64,000 nt of DNA from Gammaproteobacteria bacterium. Lineage in GTDB: Bacteria; Pseudomonadota; Gammaproteobacteria; QZLD01. A program made the translations under genes and the position numbers. Shown in pieces: positions 39,911 through 49,985 of the stretch. The stretch covers positions 1,612 to 65,611 of the forward strand of contig JAWSVA010000008.1 of the NCBI GenBank assembly GCA_033852155.1, in the 5' to 3' direction. The stretch's first letter is position 1. Each line of letters starts with the position of its first letter. Under the pieces are notes generated by a model. It was not told the DNA's origin, ran no database searches, and saw only the letters and a list, made by a program, of their open reading frames with translations.

Positions 39911-41772
39911 TGCAAACATTACACTTTCTACGCCCCTATTTGCTGCTAGCAATAGTTCCCGCTGTTATAGCAGTCATCCTTCTTTTTTATAAAGGAAAAT
40001 CGCAGAATAGTTGGTCGCAGATATGTGATGCTCACCTATTGTGCCACCTTGCAGTAGATACTGGAAAAGGTAGGGCGCGCGCTTCACTTATTATATTTTT
40101 GATTGCATTGATTGTTAGCATAATAGCAATGGCAGGACCAGCCTGGCGCCAGACAGAACAGCCAGCTTTTCGTAATCAGCGTGCCGTGGTTGTGGTGTTG
40201 GATATGTCCTACTCAATGTTGGCGCAGGATATAAAACCATCGCGGGTGGAACGCGCCAAATATAAAGTTTTAGATCTGTTAGAAAACAACAAAGATGGTC
40301 AAACATCGCTGGTGGTATTTGCCGGAGATGCGCATGCAGTGACTCCACTTACTGACGATATAAATACCATTAAGTCACAGATTGAACCGCTCGATCCAAT
40401 GATAATGCCGTTTCCAGGAAGTAGGCCCGACCAAGGGGTGAAGAGAGCGCTGGAGCTATTAAAAAATGGAGCAGCAAAGAATGGTGAAATAATCCTTCTA
40501 ACAGATGGCACCGATGATTATTGGGAACAACTGCAAGACGTTGCTGCAGATGTGAATGGTGCAGGACATGTGCTATCGATAATAGGGGTTGGCACCGCCG
40601 GAGGTGCCCCAATTCCATCTGCCGAAGGTGGATTTATTCAGAATCGTGCCGGGGGGATTGTACTGCCGAAATTGGATGAGAGTAGGCTAAAAAGGGTTGC
40701 AGCTGAGGCTGGAGGAAGATACTTCACCATTGCTGTAGACGGAAGTGATATTGCTGCAATCGACAAGTTTAATCTGCAGAAAAAAAAGATAGATGAGGAA
40801 AAGAAACAGCATGTATCGGCAGCTTGGAGCGATGACGGTTATTGGTTGATATTATTGATTCTGCCAGTGGTGTTACTTAGCTTTAGAAAAGGGACTGTTT
40901 TCACCTTAGTGTTTGCAGTAATGCTATTACCTGATTTTGCTCATGCGGCAGATGGAGCGAGTTTTTTTGAAAATTTATGGAAACGTCAGGAGCAGGTAGG
41001 AGTCGAGCAGTTTAAACAGGGTGATTACACCGATGCTGAACAGAGTCTGCAAAAAGATCCATTATGGAAGAGTGCTGCGCAATATAAGGCGGGAAAGTTT
41101 GAAGAGGCGATAAAAACACTGGAGCAAGATGAGAGTGCGCTGGCAGATTATAATCGTGGTAATGCCCTTGCTCAGTTAGAAAAGTATGAGGAAGCGATTG
41201 TAGCTTATACGCAAGCACTGGAAAAAGACCCAGATAACGAAGATGCCAGGCATAATAAAAAGTTGATAGAGGAACAATTGCAACAGCAAGAATCTCAAGA
41301 GCAGCAATCTAAAGACAAACAATCCGAAGAGCAGTCAGAAGGTAAGGATGGGGAAAACCAAGAACAACAAGAAGGTGAACAGCAGGAAGGTGAACAACAA
41401 GATGGACAGAACCAATCGCAAGAGAATAAGGGGCAACAATCTGAGGGTGAGCAGCCACCGTTAGATTCCGAAAATCAAGGGCAGGAAGAGAAAGGTAAAG
41501 AGCAGCAAGAGCCAGAAAAAGAATCAGAGCAGGCAAAGCAAGTGCGAGAGGCACAAGAGAAGAAAGAAGCAGAAGAGAAAAACGAAGCTCAGCAGATGCA
41601 GCAACAATCAGAGTTAGAAGAGCCGCAGCAAAAACCGTTAGACCAAAAAACCGAGCAGTGGTTAAGGCAGATACCGGATAACCCCGGTGGTTTGCTCAAA
41701 AGAAAATTCTATTTCGAATCCAAGAAAAAGTATGACAAAGGCACTTTGCCCCATTCGAAGAATAAGTGGTAA
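39907..41772 (+). CDS. batB: VWA-domain protein BatB fused to a TPR (BatC-like) region and a Q/E-rich tail
   Basis: 621 aa. VLDMSYSM MIDAS and ILLTDGTDD. TPR region NRGNALAQLEKYEEAIVAYTQALEKDPDNEDA. About 120 aa of Q/E/K low complexity, then EQWLRQIPDNPGGLLKRKF. Confidence 0.8.
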   Translation: MMQTLHFLRPYLLLAIVPAVIAVILLFYKGKSQNSWSQICDAHLLCHLAVDTGKGRARASLIIFLIALIVSIIAMAGPAWRQTEQPAFRNQRAVVVVLDMSYSMLAQDIKPSRVERAKYKVLDLLENNKDGQTSLVVFAGDAHAVTPLTDDINTIKSQIEPLDPMIMPFPGSRPDQGVKRALELLKNGAAKNGEIILLTDGTDDYWEQLQDVAADVNGAGHVLSIIGVGTAGGAPIPSAEGGFIQNRAGGIVLPKLDESRLKRVAAEAGGRYFTIAVDGSDIAAIDKFNLQKKKIDEEKKQHVSAAWSDDGYWLILLILPVVLLSFRKGTVFTLVFAVMLLPDFAHAADGASFFENLWKRQEQVGVEQFKQGDYTDAEQSLQKDPLWKSAAQYKAGKFEEAIKTLEQDESALADYNRGNALAQLEKYEEAIVAYTQALEKDPDNEDARHNKKLIEEQLQQQESQEQQSKDKQSEEQSEGKDGENQEQQEGEQQEGEQQDGQNQSQENKGQQSEGEQPPLDSENQGQEEKGKEQQEPEKESEQAKQVREAQEKKEAEEKNEAQQMQQQSELEEPQQKPLDQKTEQWLRQIPDNPGGLLKRKFYFESKKKYDKGTLPHSKNKW

Positions 41773-41819
41773 AAAACGGAAAACAAATGCTAACAGGCAA
41801 AGAAAAAATGGTGATAAAT

Positions 41820-43565
41820 ATGCAAAGCAGGAAGGCAATAATACTTTTAGCGATGTTCATAATGCTCGGGTTGTTGCGTTCAGCATATGCCGCAACCGCT
41901 CATGTTGACCGTAATTCCGTTGCCCTGAATGAAACCTTTGTGCTGACAATAACAGTTGAAAATATTTCTCTAATTGATAGTCCAGACCTTGATGTAGTTG
42001 AGGGTGACTTTAGGTTGCTCGGCACTTCACAAAGTACCAGTATGAACATATTTAATGGCAACTCGAGCCGAAAGACCGAGTGGATTACAACCCTCGCGCC
42101 GAAAAGTGTGGGTACATTTACGATACCTTCGATAAAGGTAGGTGGAGAGAAAACTAACCCACTAACGATAATAGTTTCCCGAGCGCCAAAGGTGATATCC
42201 ACACAAAAGAAAGAGATATTTTTCGAAGTAGAAGTTGATAGACGTCAGGGTTATGTACAACAGCAGTTTGTTTATACCATGAAAAGATACGCCTCTAGAC
42301 CATTTGGCGTAAGTTCATTTTCCCATGTTGGAGATGAAAACTTTAAGGATGACCGCCTTATCGTAAAACAGATAGGGGGTACCAATAGATACACGTCTAA
42401 CTTGGGGGGAACACAATACGATGTTGCCGAACTAAAGTACTTAGTATTTCCGCAGCAGGTTGGAAAAATTAACCTGCCGGCGCCACATATGGTAGCAGTG
42501 GTTGAAACCGGAAAACGTAATCGCCGCGACCCTTACGGTCGACGCCAACAAAAACAGATTCAAATTCTGGGCGAAGATATTGAATTAAACATAAGTCCAA
42601 CGCCTAATACCTATAAGAGTAATTGGTGGTTGCCAGCCAAGAATGTATCTATCTCTCAGAAGTGGTCTTCAGACCTATCAAGTGCAAAAGTTGGTGAACC
42701 GATTACCAGAACGATAACCATAAGGGCGCAAGGATTAAGTGCCGAGCAGTTGCCAGAACTTCCGCAGATAGATGTTGTGAATGCACGAGCATACCCAGAT
42801 AAGGTGGAGCGGAAAACAATATTCAACGGCACAGATGTGGTTGGTGAAAGCGTTAATAAAATGCTAATAATTCCCTCGGGAGCTGGTGAAGTTAAGATAC
42901 CAAAGACAAAAATATCTTGGTGGGATGTGGCTCAAAACAGGCAGCGCGCAGCAGTACTGCCTGCGCAGACCATAAATGTAGCAGCCAGTGTCCAGCAAGC
43001 TAAACCCGTACAACCACCCGCAAAAATAGATGTCGCTGCAGAAGTAGAGCCTCAAGCAAAAGAGGTAGAGAAAGAGATAGAAAAACAGATAGAAATTATC
43101 ACCGAAACAAAAAGTAGGTGGTATGTGGAGCTTGGCTTACTGTTCCTAGCAATCATTACGCTAATAGCGTGGATAATCGACCATATCCGTCTAAAGCGTA
43201 AATTGACAGAGCCGCAAACCGAAGACAAAAATGCGCAGAAGAAACAAAAAGAGACAAAGCTAAGAAAGAATTTGAAACAGGCTTGCCAAACTGCAGACGC
43301 TAAAACAGTGCGCCAAGCAATTCTTGCCTGGGGGAGTCTAATTATTGAAGATAAAGCCTCAGTGACCTTGCTGGATATAGAGCAATACTTTAATGACTCA
43401 ACCCTTAGTAACGAAATTGCCCGTCTTGAGAATGCTCTCTATGGTGAGGGTGAATCAGGATGGGGCGGTGCGAACCTATGGTTGGCTGTGGAAAGTGCGA
43501 CTAAAAGTTTAGGTGAAAAGAGTGAAAGTAAAAATCCGGGGTTGGAAGAGCTGCATAAGATTTAG
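41820..43565 (+). CDS. batD: BatD-like (oxygen tolerance family) protein
   Basis: Signal peptide MQSRKAIILLAMFIMLGLLRSAYA, a large beta-rich ectodomain, and a C-terminal TM (WYVELGLLFLAIITLIAWII). The start is uncertain; the track ORF begins at 41766. Confidence 0.7.
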   Translation: MQSRKAIILLAMFIMLGLLRSAYAATAHVDRNSVALNETFVLTITVENISLIDSPDLDVVEGDFRLLGTSQSTSMNIFNGNSSRKTEWITTLAPKSVGTFTIPSIKVGGEKTNPLTIIVSRAPKVISTQKKEIFFEVEVDRRQGYVQQQFVYTMKRYASRPFGVSSFSHVGDENFKDDRLIVKQIGGTNRYTSNLGGTQYDVAELKYLVFPQQVGKINLPAPHMVAVVETGKRNRRDPYGRRQQKQIQILGEDIELNISPTPNTYKSNWWLPAKNVSISQKWSSDLSSAKVGEPITRTITIRAQGLSAEQLPELPQIDVVNARAYPDKVERKTIFNGTDVVGESVNKMLIIPSGAGEVKIPKTKISWWDVAQNRQRAAVLPAQTINVAASVQQAKPVQPPAKIDVAAEVEPQAKEVEKEIEKQIEIITETKSRWYVELGLLFLAIITLIAWIIDHIRLKRKLTEPQTEDKNAQKKQKETKLRKNLKQACQTADAKTVRQAILAWGSLIIEDKASVTLLDIEQYFNDSTLSNEIARLENALYGEGESGWGGANLWLAVESATKSLGEKSESKNPGLEELHKI

Positions 43566-43582
43566 ACTTAATTTTCAAGATA

Positions 43583-43699
43583 AACCAAGGCCGAAGGGTC
43601 AAGAAAAATTAATAGAAACAAGGGGCTTCGACTACGCTCAGCCGACTTGTTTTTTATGGGTAAATATTCAAGCAGCAGTGCGCTTTCGTGGGAATGACA
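43583..43699. repeat. REP-like intergenic repeat locus R2 (batD/bamD convergent spacer)
   Basis: AACCAAGGCCGAAGGGTCAAGAAAAATTAATAGAAACAAGGGGCTTCGACTACGCTCAGCC, then GCGCTTTCGTGGGAATGAC. It contains the core in inverted orientation. Confidence 0.65.
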
Positions 43700-43817
43700 A
43701 GTAAATATTGGGAATGGAGAGGTGTTTTCTCGTTCCAGTGCGGAGCACTGGAACTGGAGCGAGATTGAATAGAGGCTTTTATTGGAATGTGGCGTTTGCC
43801 TAGTATGAAAAGAAGCC

Positions 43818-44582
43818 CTAAGACTTCTGCAAAAGCTCATGCTCAGGATAATTTAGCTTAATCACCTTTAGCGTATCTTGGTATAAATCATCCATCTCAA
43901 GATTCTTATAACTTTCAGCCAGAACAGTTAGCGCATCATAGATTGCAGGTGTCTGTGGATAATGCTTGATTACATGCTTTGCACGATTTATCGCACCAAT
44001 ATATGCCTTGCGACGCGCATAATATTTAGCAACAATCACTTCTCGGTTGGCAAGGGTATCGCGCATAAAAACCATCTGCTTTCTGGCTTCAGGAGCATAT
44101 TTGCTATCTGGAAATTTTTCGACCAAAGTTCTAAAGGTTAAAAAACCTTGCTTCATAGACTCATGGCTACGTTCAGCCTTGCTGAGTTTAAACAGTCTGG
44201 TTACAAATGATTCGCCATCATTGATATAAGAAAGGCCCTTAATATAATAGACGTAATCAACAGATGGATGACGTGGATTTATTTTGATGAAACGGTCAGC
44301 AGAAAGAACTGCTAGCTCCATCTCCTTATCTTTGTAATAAATAAAAGGGATCTCGATTAGCGCTTGCTGTGCAAAAGCACTGAAAGGATAACGTGATTCC
44401 AGTTTATTTAGATAATCAATGGCGGATTCATAGTCACCATTTTCTTTCACTCTTTGAGCTTCGGAATAAAGCTTTTGCGCACTCCACTCATAGGTTTCGT
44501 CATATTCCCTGCTTGGGTTATCAGAACACGCGCTGATTAAAATGCAGATGGCTGCGATAGCAATTATCTTTAACTGTTTCAT
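43818..44582 (-). CDS. bamD: Outer membrane protein assembly factor BamD
   Basis: 254 aa. Lipobox LISAC and TPR-like repeats. Divergent from rluD, as in many Gammaproteobacteria. Confidence 0.85.
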   Translation of the reverse strand: MKQLKIIAIAAICILISACSDNPSREYDETYEWSAQKLYSEAQRVKENGDYESAIDYLNKLESRYPFSAFAQQALIEIPFIYYKDKEMELAVLSADRFIKINPRHPSVDYVYYIKGLSYINDGESFVTRLFKLSKAERSHESMKQGFLTFRTLVEKFPDSKYAPEARKQMVFMRDTLANREVIVAKYYARRKAYIGAINRAKHVIKHYPQTPAIYDALTVLAESYKNLEMDDLYQDTLKVIKLNYPEHELLQKS

Positions 44583-44807
44583 ATTCTCAGGATAATCCTT
44601 TAAAACGACTAATAATCAAGACTATGACCGGCTAGATCGTCAATAGTTCTCGATAGTTACAAAATTTGCAGCAATTATAATCGATAGTGTATGGATTGCA
44701 TAGGAATGAGGTAGCAGCAGAAAACATAATTAGATTTTATATACTCCACTATAATAAGTTAAAATGTTCAATTCGGTACAACAACCAGTAGGCAATAGGC
44801 TAAATAG

Positions 44808-45836
44808 ATGACAGATCGCGAGATAGTAGAAGGTATAGTTCCCATCGAAATGGGTGGAGAGCGGATAGATCATGTTGTTGCAGAACTTTTCCCCGATTAC
44901 TCTCGCAGTAGGTTGCAGCAATGGATTAAATCTGGAGAGTTGCTAGTCGATGGCAAGAAGGTAAAGCAAAAACTCAAGGTTATCGGTGAAGAGAAGGTAA
45001 CTATTAATGCCGAAATTGAAGAAGTGGTCCAGATGGTTGCGCAGGATATTCCGTTGGATATCATCTATGAAGATGACGACATCCTGGTGATAAATAAACC
45101 GGTAGGAATGGTGGTTCATCCAGGCTCTGGAAACAAAGATGGCACCATGTTGAATGGGCTGCTATTTCATGATGCTGAATTGGCTAAGGTTCCGCGCGCA
45201 GGAATTGTGCATCGACTGGATAAAGATACATCGGGATTGCTAGTAGTTGCCAAAACCATCTATGCGCATAAACATATGGTTGAACAGCTACAAGAGCGTA
45301 CTGTTAGCCGTGAATATATGGCATTAGTTACCGGGAATGTGATTTCTGGCGGCAAAATTAATAAACCAATAGGGCGCCATTTTGTCGATAGAAAGAAGAT
45401 GGCAGTAGTGCAAGAGGGTATGGGTAAAGAGGCAATAACTCATTACCGCGTGCAGGAAAAGTTTGAAAACCACACCTTGCTAAAAGTTAAGTTAGAGACA
45501 GGTCGTACTCACCAAATAAGGGTGCATATGACCGATGCTAAACGCCCGATAGTTGGTGACCAAGTATATGGTGGCAGACTGCAGCTGCCTAAACATTGTA
45601 GTGAAGAGATGACATTGGCTCTACGCGGAGCAAAACGACAGATGCTACATGCGTGGCGACTTGGTCTTATCCATCCAATGACCGGTGAAGAGTTGGGCTG
45701 GGAGTGCGAGCTGCCGGATGACATGGAGGACCTGCTTGAGCTTATGCGTTTTGAGATGTGTAAGGCAGATGACGATGACGACGACTATGACGACTATGAT
45801 GATAGCGGTGTGGAAGTTGAGTATGTATTTGATTAG
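44808..45836 (+). CDS. rluD: 23S rRNA pseudouridine synthase RluD with an acidic C-terminal tail
   Basis: 342 aa. S4 domain, HRLDKDTSGLLVVAK and GRTHQIRVHM. Ends in KADDDDDDYDDYDDSGVEVEYVFD. Confidence 0.9.
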   Translation: MTDREIVEGIVPIEMGGERIDHVVAELFPDYSRSRLQQWIKSGELLVDGKKVKQKLKVIGEEKVTINAEIEEVVQMVAQDIPLDIIYEDDDILVINKPVGMVVHPGSGNKDGTMLNGLLFHDAELAKVPRAGIVHRLDKDTSGLLVVAKTIYAHKHMVEQLQERTVSREYMALVTGNVISGGKINKPIGRHFVDRKKMAVVQEGMGKEAITHYRVQEKFENHTLLKVKLETGRTHQIRVHMTDAKRPIVGDQVYGGRLQLPKHCSEEMTLALRGAKRQMLHAWRLGLIHPMTGEELGWECELPDDMEDLLELMRFEMCKADDDDDDYDDYDDSGVEVEYVFD

Positions 45837-45860
45837 ATGTTTTTGGTTTTAATTTTTAAA

Positions 45861-45966
45861 GATCCCTGAGCGTAGTCGAAGGGTCAAGAAAAATTAATAA
45901 AAGCAAGGTGACTTCGACTTTAGTTTATCTTGAGCGTAGCCGAAGGGCAGGAAAATATTAATAGAG
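45861..45966. repeat. REP-like intergenic repeat locus R3 (two tandem cores)
   Basis: GATCCCTGAGCGTAGTCGAAGGGTCAAGAAAAATTAATAAAAGCAAGG followed by CTTGAGCGTAGCCGAAGGGCAGGAAAATATTAATAGAG. Confidence 0.7.
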
Positions 45967-45992
45967 AAAGTTGAAACGGATATCAGCAGAAG

Positions 45993-47027
45993 ATGACAGC
46001 CTATTTTATAAGAAGATTCTTGTTAATTATCCCAACCTTTATTGGGGTGACGCTGCTGGTATTTGCCATTACCCGCATGGTTCCTGGCGGCCCAATCGAG
46101 CGCATGATATCGCAGATGCAGATTGCATCATCCGATGTGTCGATTGGCAGCAGTGACTCAATAGCAGGCAACTCAATCTCCGACGAACAGATTCAGGAGC
46201 TGCGCGAATATTACGGTTTCGACAAACCTATAATCGTTAGTTATCTAGATTGGATGGGAAAGGTGGTGCAATTCGATCTAGGTACCTCCAGCCGTTATGA
46301 CGAGCCAGTGTTAGATATCATCGCCGAGCGTCTGCCGATATCAATATTCTACGGCGTCACAACTCTACTCCTCTCCTACCTCATATGTATCCCTCTGGGG
46401 ATAATTAAGGCGATTCGCCATAATGGAGTTGGCGATAACCTCTCCTCAATCCTCATATTTATCGGTTATGCAATCCCCGGGTATGTACTGGGTATTGGGC
46501 TGCTATGGTTGTTTGCGGTTCACTTTGAACTGTTCCCGATGGGGGGATTTGTCGATGATGATTTTGAAGACTTTTCGCGCTGGGAACAAATTGTCGATGT
46601 GCTATACCATGCTGTATTACCGCTTCTGTCATACATGGTTGGTAGCCTAGCGGTTATGACCTTGATGATGAAGAATTCCCTCTTGGATAATCTTGCTGCC
46701 GACTACGTGCGCACCGCGATGGCCAAGGGGATGTCGTTTAAGGATGCAGTACTAAAACACGCCTTTCGCAATAGTTTTATTCCGCTTGCGACACACATAG
46801 GTAGTGGCATTAGCGTGATTTTGGCAGGCTCTTTTTTGATTGAGAAGATCTTTAATATCGACGGCATCGGCCTGCTTGGATATGAATCTATTGTAGATCG
46901 TGATTACCCTACCGTATTAGGAATTCTGGTGATTTCATCGATGTTATACATGATTGGTAACATCCTCTCCGATATCTGCGTTGCCTTCGTCGACCCACGA
47001 ATCAAATTCGGTAAGGGGGGGGAGTAA
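45993..47027 (+). CDS. yejB: Peptide/microcin-type ABC transporter permease (YejB-like)
   Basis: 344 aa. YFIRRFLLIIPTFIGVTLLVFAITRMVPGGP, YYGFDKP and FVDPRIKF resemble E. coli YejB. Confidence 0.8.
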   Translation: MTAYFIRRFLLIIPTFIGVTLLVFAITRMVPGGPIERMISQMQIASSDVSIGSSDSIAGNSISDEQIQELREYYGFDKPIIVSYLDWMGKVVQFDLGTSSRYDEPVLDIIAERLPISIFYGVTTLLLSYLICIPLGIIKAIRHNGVGDNLSSILIFIGYAIPGYVLGIGLLWLFAVHFELFPMGGFVDDDFEDFSRWEQIVDVLYHAVLPLLSYMVGSLAVMTLMMKNSLLDNLAADYVRTAMAKGMSFKDAVLKHAFRNSFIPLATHIGSGISVILAGSFLIEKIFNIDGIGLLGYESIVDRDYPTVLGILVISSMLYMIGNILSDICVAFVDPRIKFGKGGE

Positions 47028-48088
47028 TGAGTATATCGCGCCCTAATCTCCTCAGCCCTTTAGCTAAACAAAAATTCAAACGCTTTAAGCAGATTCGGCG
47101 CGGATATTGGTCGGCAATATTTTTTTTGGCACTTCTTTTTTTATCCTGTTTTGCCGAGTTAATGATTAACAATCGGGCTCTAATCGTAAAGTATGACGGG
47201 GAATTTTATTTCCCCACCTATGGCGCGGTTTATACAGGAAAGGACTTTGGATTAGACTACGAATACGAGGTCAATTATCGTCAGCTTAAGCAAAAGTTTG
47301 AGCAGGATATCACTGCCAATTGGGTGGTGATGCCGCTGGTTCCCTACAGTGAATATGAGAATGATTTGATAGAGGGGGAATACCCACCATACCCACCCTC
47401 ATGGGCATCGCAACACTATTTAGGGACAGATACGGCGGGGCGCGATGTGTTGGCACGCCTGGCCTATGGTTTTCGTATAGCAATCTGGTTTTCGCTGGTG
47501 CTATTGTTCTTTAACTACCTAATCGGCGTAACCATAGGTTGCATGATGGGATTCTTCGGCGGCTGGTTTGACCTGTTGTCGCAACGTCTGGTCGAGATCT
47601 GGTCTAACATCCCCTTTTTATATGTGGTGATGATCCTCTCATCGATAATCATCCCCGGATTCTGGTCGTTGATAGCGATAATGGTAATCTTCGGCTGGAT
47701 GGGAATGACCTGGTACATGCGTACCGCCACCTATAAAGAGAAAGAGCGCGAATACGTTATGGCATCACGAGCACTCGGTGCTTCGACCTCGCGCATAATT
47801 TTTCGGCACATTTTACCAAATTCGCTGTCGATAATAATAACATTTGTGCCGTTTGCCGTAGCAGGTGGAATTGGCGCATTAACCAGTCTGGATTATCTAG
47901 GTTTTGGTCTTCCCGCTCCCACCCCAAGTTGGGGGGAGTTAATTAGCCAAGGGACAGAAAATATGGAATCGTGGTGGATACTAGGCTCTGTAACGGCCTC
48001 ACTGGTAACTGTACTGGTTCTGATAACTTTTGTTGGTGAGGCAATTCGTGATGCCTTCGACCCGAAAAAATACACAATCTATGAGTAG
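47027..48088 (+). CDS. yejE: Peptide/microcin-type ABC transporter permease (YejE-like)
   Basis: 353 aa. RRGYWS, KYDGEFYFP, LGTDTAGRDVLARL and GEAIRDAFDPKK resemble E. coli YejE. Confidence 0.8.
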   Translation: MSISRPNLLSPLAKQKFKRFKQIRRGYWSAIFFLALLFLSCFAELMINNRALIVKYDGEFYFPTYGAVYTGKDFGLDYEYEVNYRQLKQKFEQDITANWVVMPLVPYSEYENDLIEGEYPPYPPSWASQHYLGTDTAGRDVLARLAYGFRIAIWFSLVLLFFNYLIGVTIGCMMGFFGGWFDLLSQRLVEIWSNIPFLYVVMILSSIIIPGFWSLIAIMVIFGWMGMTWYMRTATYKEKEREYVMASRALGASTSRIIFRHILPNSLSIIITFVPFAVAGGIGALTSLDYLGFGLPAPTPSWGELISQGTENMESWWILGSVTASLVTVLVLITFVGEAIRDAFDPKKYTIYE

Positions 48089-49985
48089 GAATATGTTTAA
48101 AACTATGTCTATAAGAGCAGTGTTTACAAGGGCAGTGTTCAAAAAAGCAGTCTCAATATTGATATTACTGCCAGCCATTGCGATAGCGCAGGAGCAGGCT
48201 CCGCAATTACCCCAAGATCTCGTATGGCAAACCAATAATCAAGCACCCACCTTTGCCGACCCCAATGCAAAAACCGGCGGCACCTTTCGAACCTTTACTC
48301 TGAGTTTTCCCCTGACGCTGCGCACTGTTGGCCCTAATTCCAACTCAAGTTTTCGCGGCTATATCCTCGGTAATCAGTTTGGTCTAGTTGGGATGCACCC
48401 AGAGACCGAAGATATCATTCCAGAACTAGCCACCCATTGGGCCTATGACAAAGATGGTAAAACCATCTACTACAAACTCGACCCGCAAGCGCGCTGGTCC
48501 GATGGCAAGCCAATAACGGCAGATGATTACCTGTTCACTATTGAGTTTATGCGTTCCAAACACATCGTCGCTCCATGGTATAACAACCACTACACCAAAA
48601 TGATTAAGAACGTAGTTAAATACGATGAGCACACCATCGCCATCGAAGGTGCTACGATTAAGCCCAAAAAAGATCTACACTATTTTTATGGTCTAAATCC
48701 AACTCCAAAGCATTTTTATAAATTGGATAAAGACTTTGTTGATAATTACAACTGGAAGATTGTTCCGAATACAGGTCCATACCAAATATCCAAAATCAAA
48801 AAAGGGAAGCTGGTAGAGTTCAAGCGCAAAAAAGATTGGTGGGCTAAAGACAAACGCTATTTTAAGAATCGTTATAACGTCGACAAAGTGCGGGTAAAGG
48901 TTATTCGTGATTATAACGTTGCCTTTAAACACTTTGAAAAAGGTGAGATCGATACCTTTGGCTTGATACTGCCAACCTATTGGCACGGCAAAGCAACGGG
49001 AAAACTCTACGATAACGGTTACATCCATCGCGCCTGGTTTTATAATGAAACACCACAGTCATCATCGGGAATGTATCTGAATCAGGATGATGAGCTGTTA
49101 AAAGATATCAATGTGCGCATCGGACTTGCACACGCAATCAATGTACAAAAAACTATAACCACAGTATTGCGCAACGACTATGAAAGATTAAATAGTGGCT
49201 ATATCGGTTATGGTGAATACACCAATAAAAATATCAAAGCGCGTGAATTTGATTTGCAAAAAGCAGATGAATATCTAACCAAATCAGGTTGGGATAAACG
49301 TGGCGATGACGGCATTCGAGTGAAGAGTGGCAAAAGATTATCCCTGCGTATAAGTTACAGTCGTAAAGAACATAACGACCGTCTAGTGGTGATAAAAGAG
49401 GAGGCGAAAAAAGCAGGGATAGAGCTAAATCTACAACTGTTTGACCCAGCTTCAGGTTACAAAAATGTACTGGAGAAGAAACATCAAATTGCCTGGATGG
49501 GGTGGAGTACCGGATTTCGACCAGCCTTTTGGGAGCACTACCACTCTGACAATGCCCATAAACCACAGACCAATAATATAACCAACAGCGACAACAAAGA
49601 TCTGGATGCCATGATTATGCAATACAGAGTAGAGGTCGATGAACAAAAGAGGATACAACTGGCGCATAAGATTCAGCAATTTGTGCATGACGAGGCAAGT
49701 TACATCCCAACCTATTCCGTACCGTATACTCGTGAAGGTTATTGGCGTTGGATGCAGCTACCAAAACATCTGGGCACCAAAACCTCAAGCTCGCTATTTG
49801 ATATATTTTCATCCTCAACTGGCGGTCTATTCTGGATTGATGCAGAGCTGAAAAAAGACACCCTCAAAGCGAAAAAGAAAGGGAAGAAGCTAACCCCGGT
49901 ATTAATTAAAGATACTCGTTATAAGTCAGGTGCCGTGAAGGTTAAAAAAGACAAGCTAGAAAAAAATAAGGCAGCTGCAAAGTGA
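48081..49985 (+). CDS. yejA: Family-5 extracellular solute-binding protein (YejA-like)
   Basis: About 634 aa from the ATG at 48081, which overlaps the yejE stop. Signal peptide ...LLPAIAIAQEQ. SBP_bac_5-like length and motifs. Confidence 0.75.
   Translation: MSRNMFKTMSIRAVFTRAVFKKAVSILILLPAIAIAQEQAPQLPQDLVWQTNNQAPTFADPNAKTGGTFRTFTLSFPLTLRTVGPNSNSSFRGYILGNQFGLVGMHPETEDIIPELATHWAYDKDGKTIYYKLDPQARWSDGKPITADDYLFTIEFMRSKHIVAPWYNNHYTKMIKNVVKYDEHTIAIEGATIKPKKDLHYFYGLNPTPKHFYKLDKDFVDNYNWKIVPNTGPYQISKIKKGKLVEFKRKKDWWAKDKRYFKNRYNVDKVRVKVIRDYNVAFKHFEKGEIDTFGLILPTYWHGKATGKLYDNGYIHRAWFYNETPQSSSGMYLNQDDELLKDINVRIGLAHAINVQKTITTVLRNDYERLNSGYIGYGEYTNKNIKAREFDLQKADEYLTKSGWDKRGDDGIRVKSGKRLSLRISYSRKEHNDRLVVIKEEAKKAGIELNLQLFDPASGYKNVLEKKHQIAWMGWSTGFRPAFWEHYHSDNAHKPQTNNITNSDNKDLDAMIMQYRVEVDEQKRIQLAHKIQQFVHDEASYIPTYSVPYTREGYWRWMQLPKHLGTKTSSSLFDIFSSSTGGLFWIDAELKKDTLKAKKKGKKLTPVLIKDTRYKSGAVKVKKDKLEKNKAAAK

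Noticed and set aside
40115-41554. Minus-strand ORFs within batB, including those across the Q/E-rich region
   Set aside because: They are antisense to batB. The low-complexity GAA/CAG-rich DNA generates long open frames on both strands by composition alone.
43513-43840. ORFs 43513-43704 (+) and 43568-43840 (-)
   Set aside because: They run through the REP-like repeat R2 in the batD/bamD convergent spacer. The open frames are explained by repeat sequence, and they have no start context or domains.
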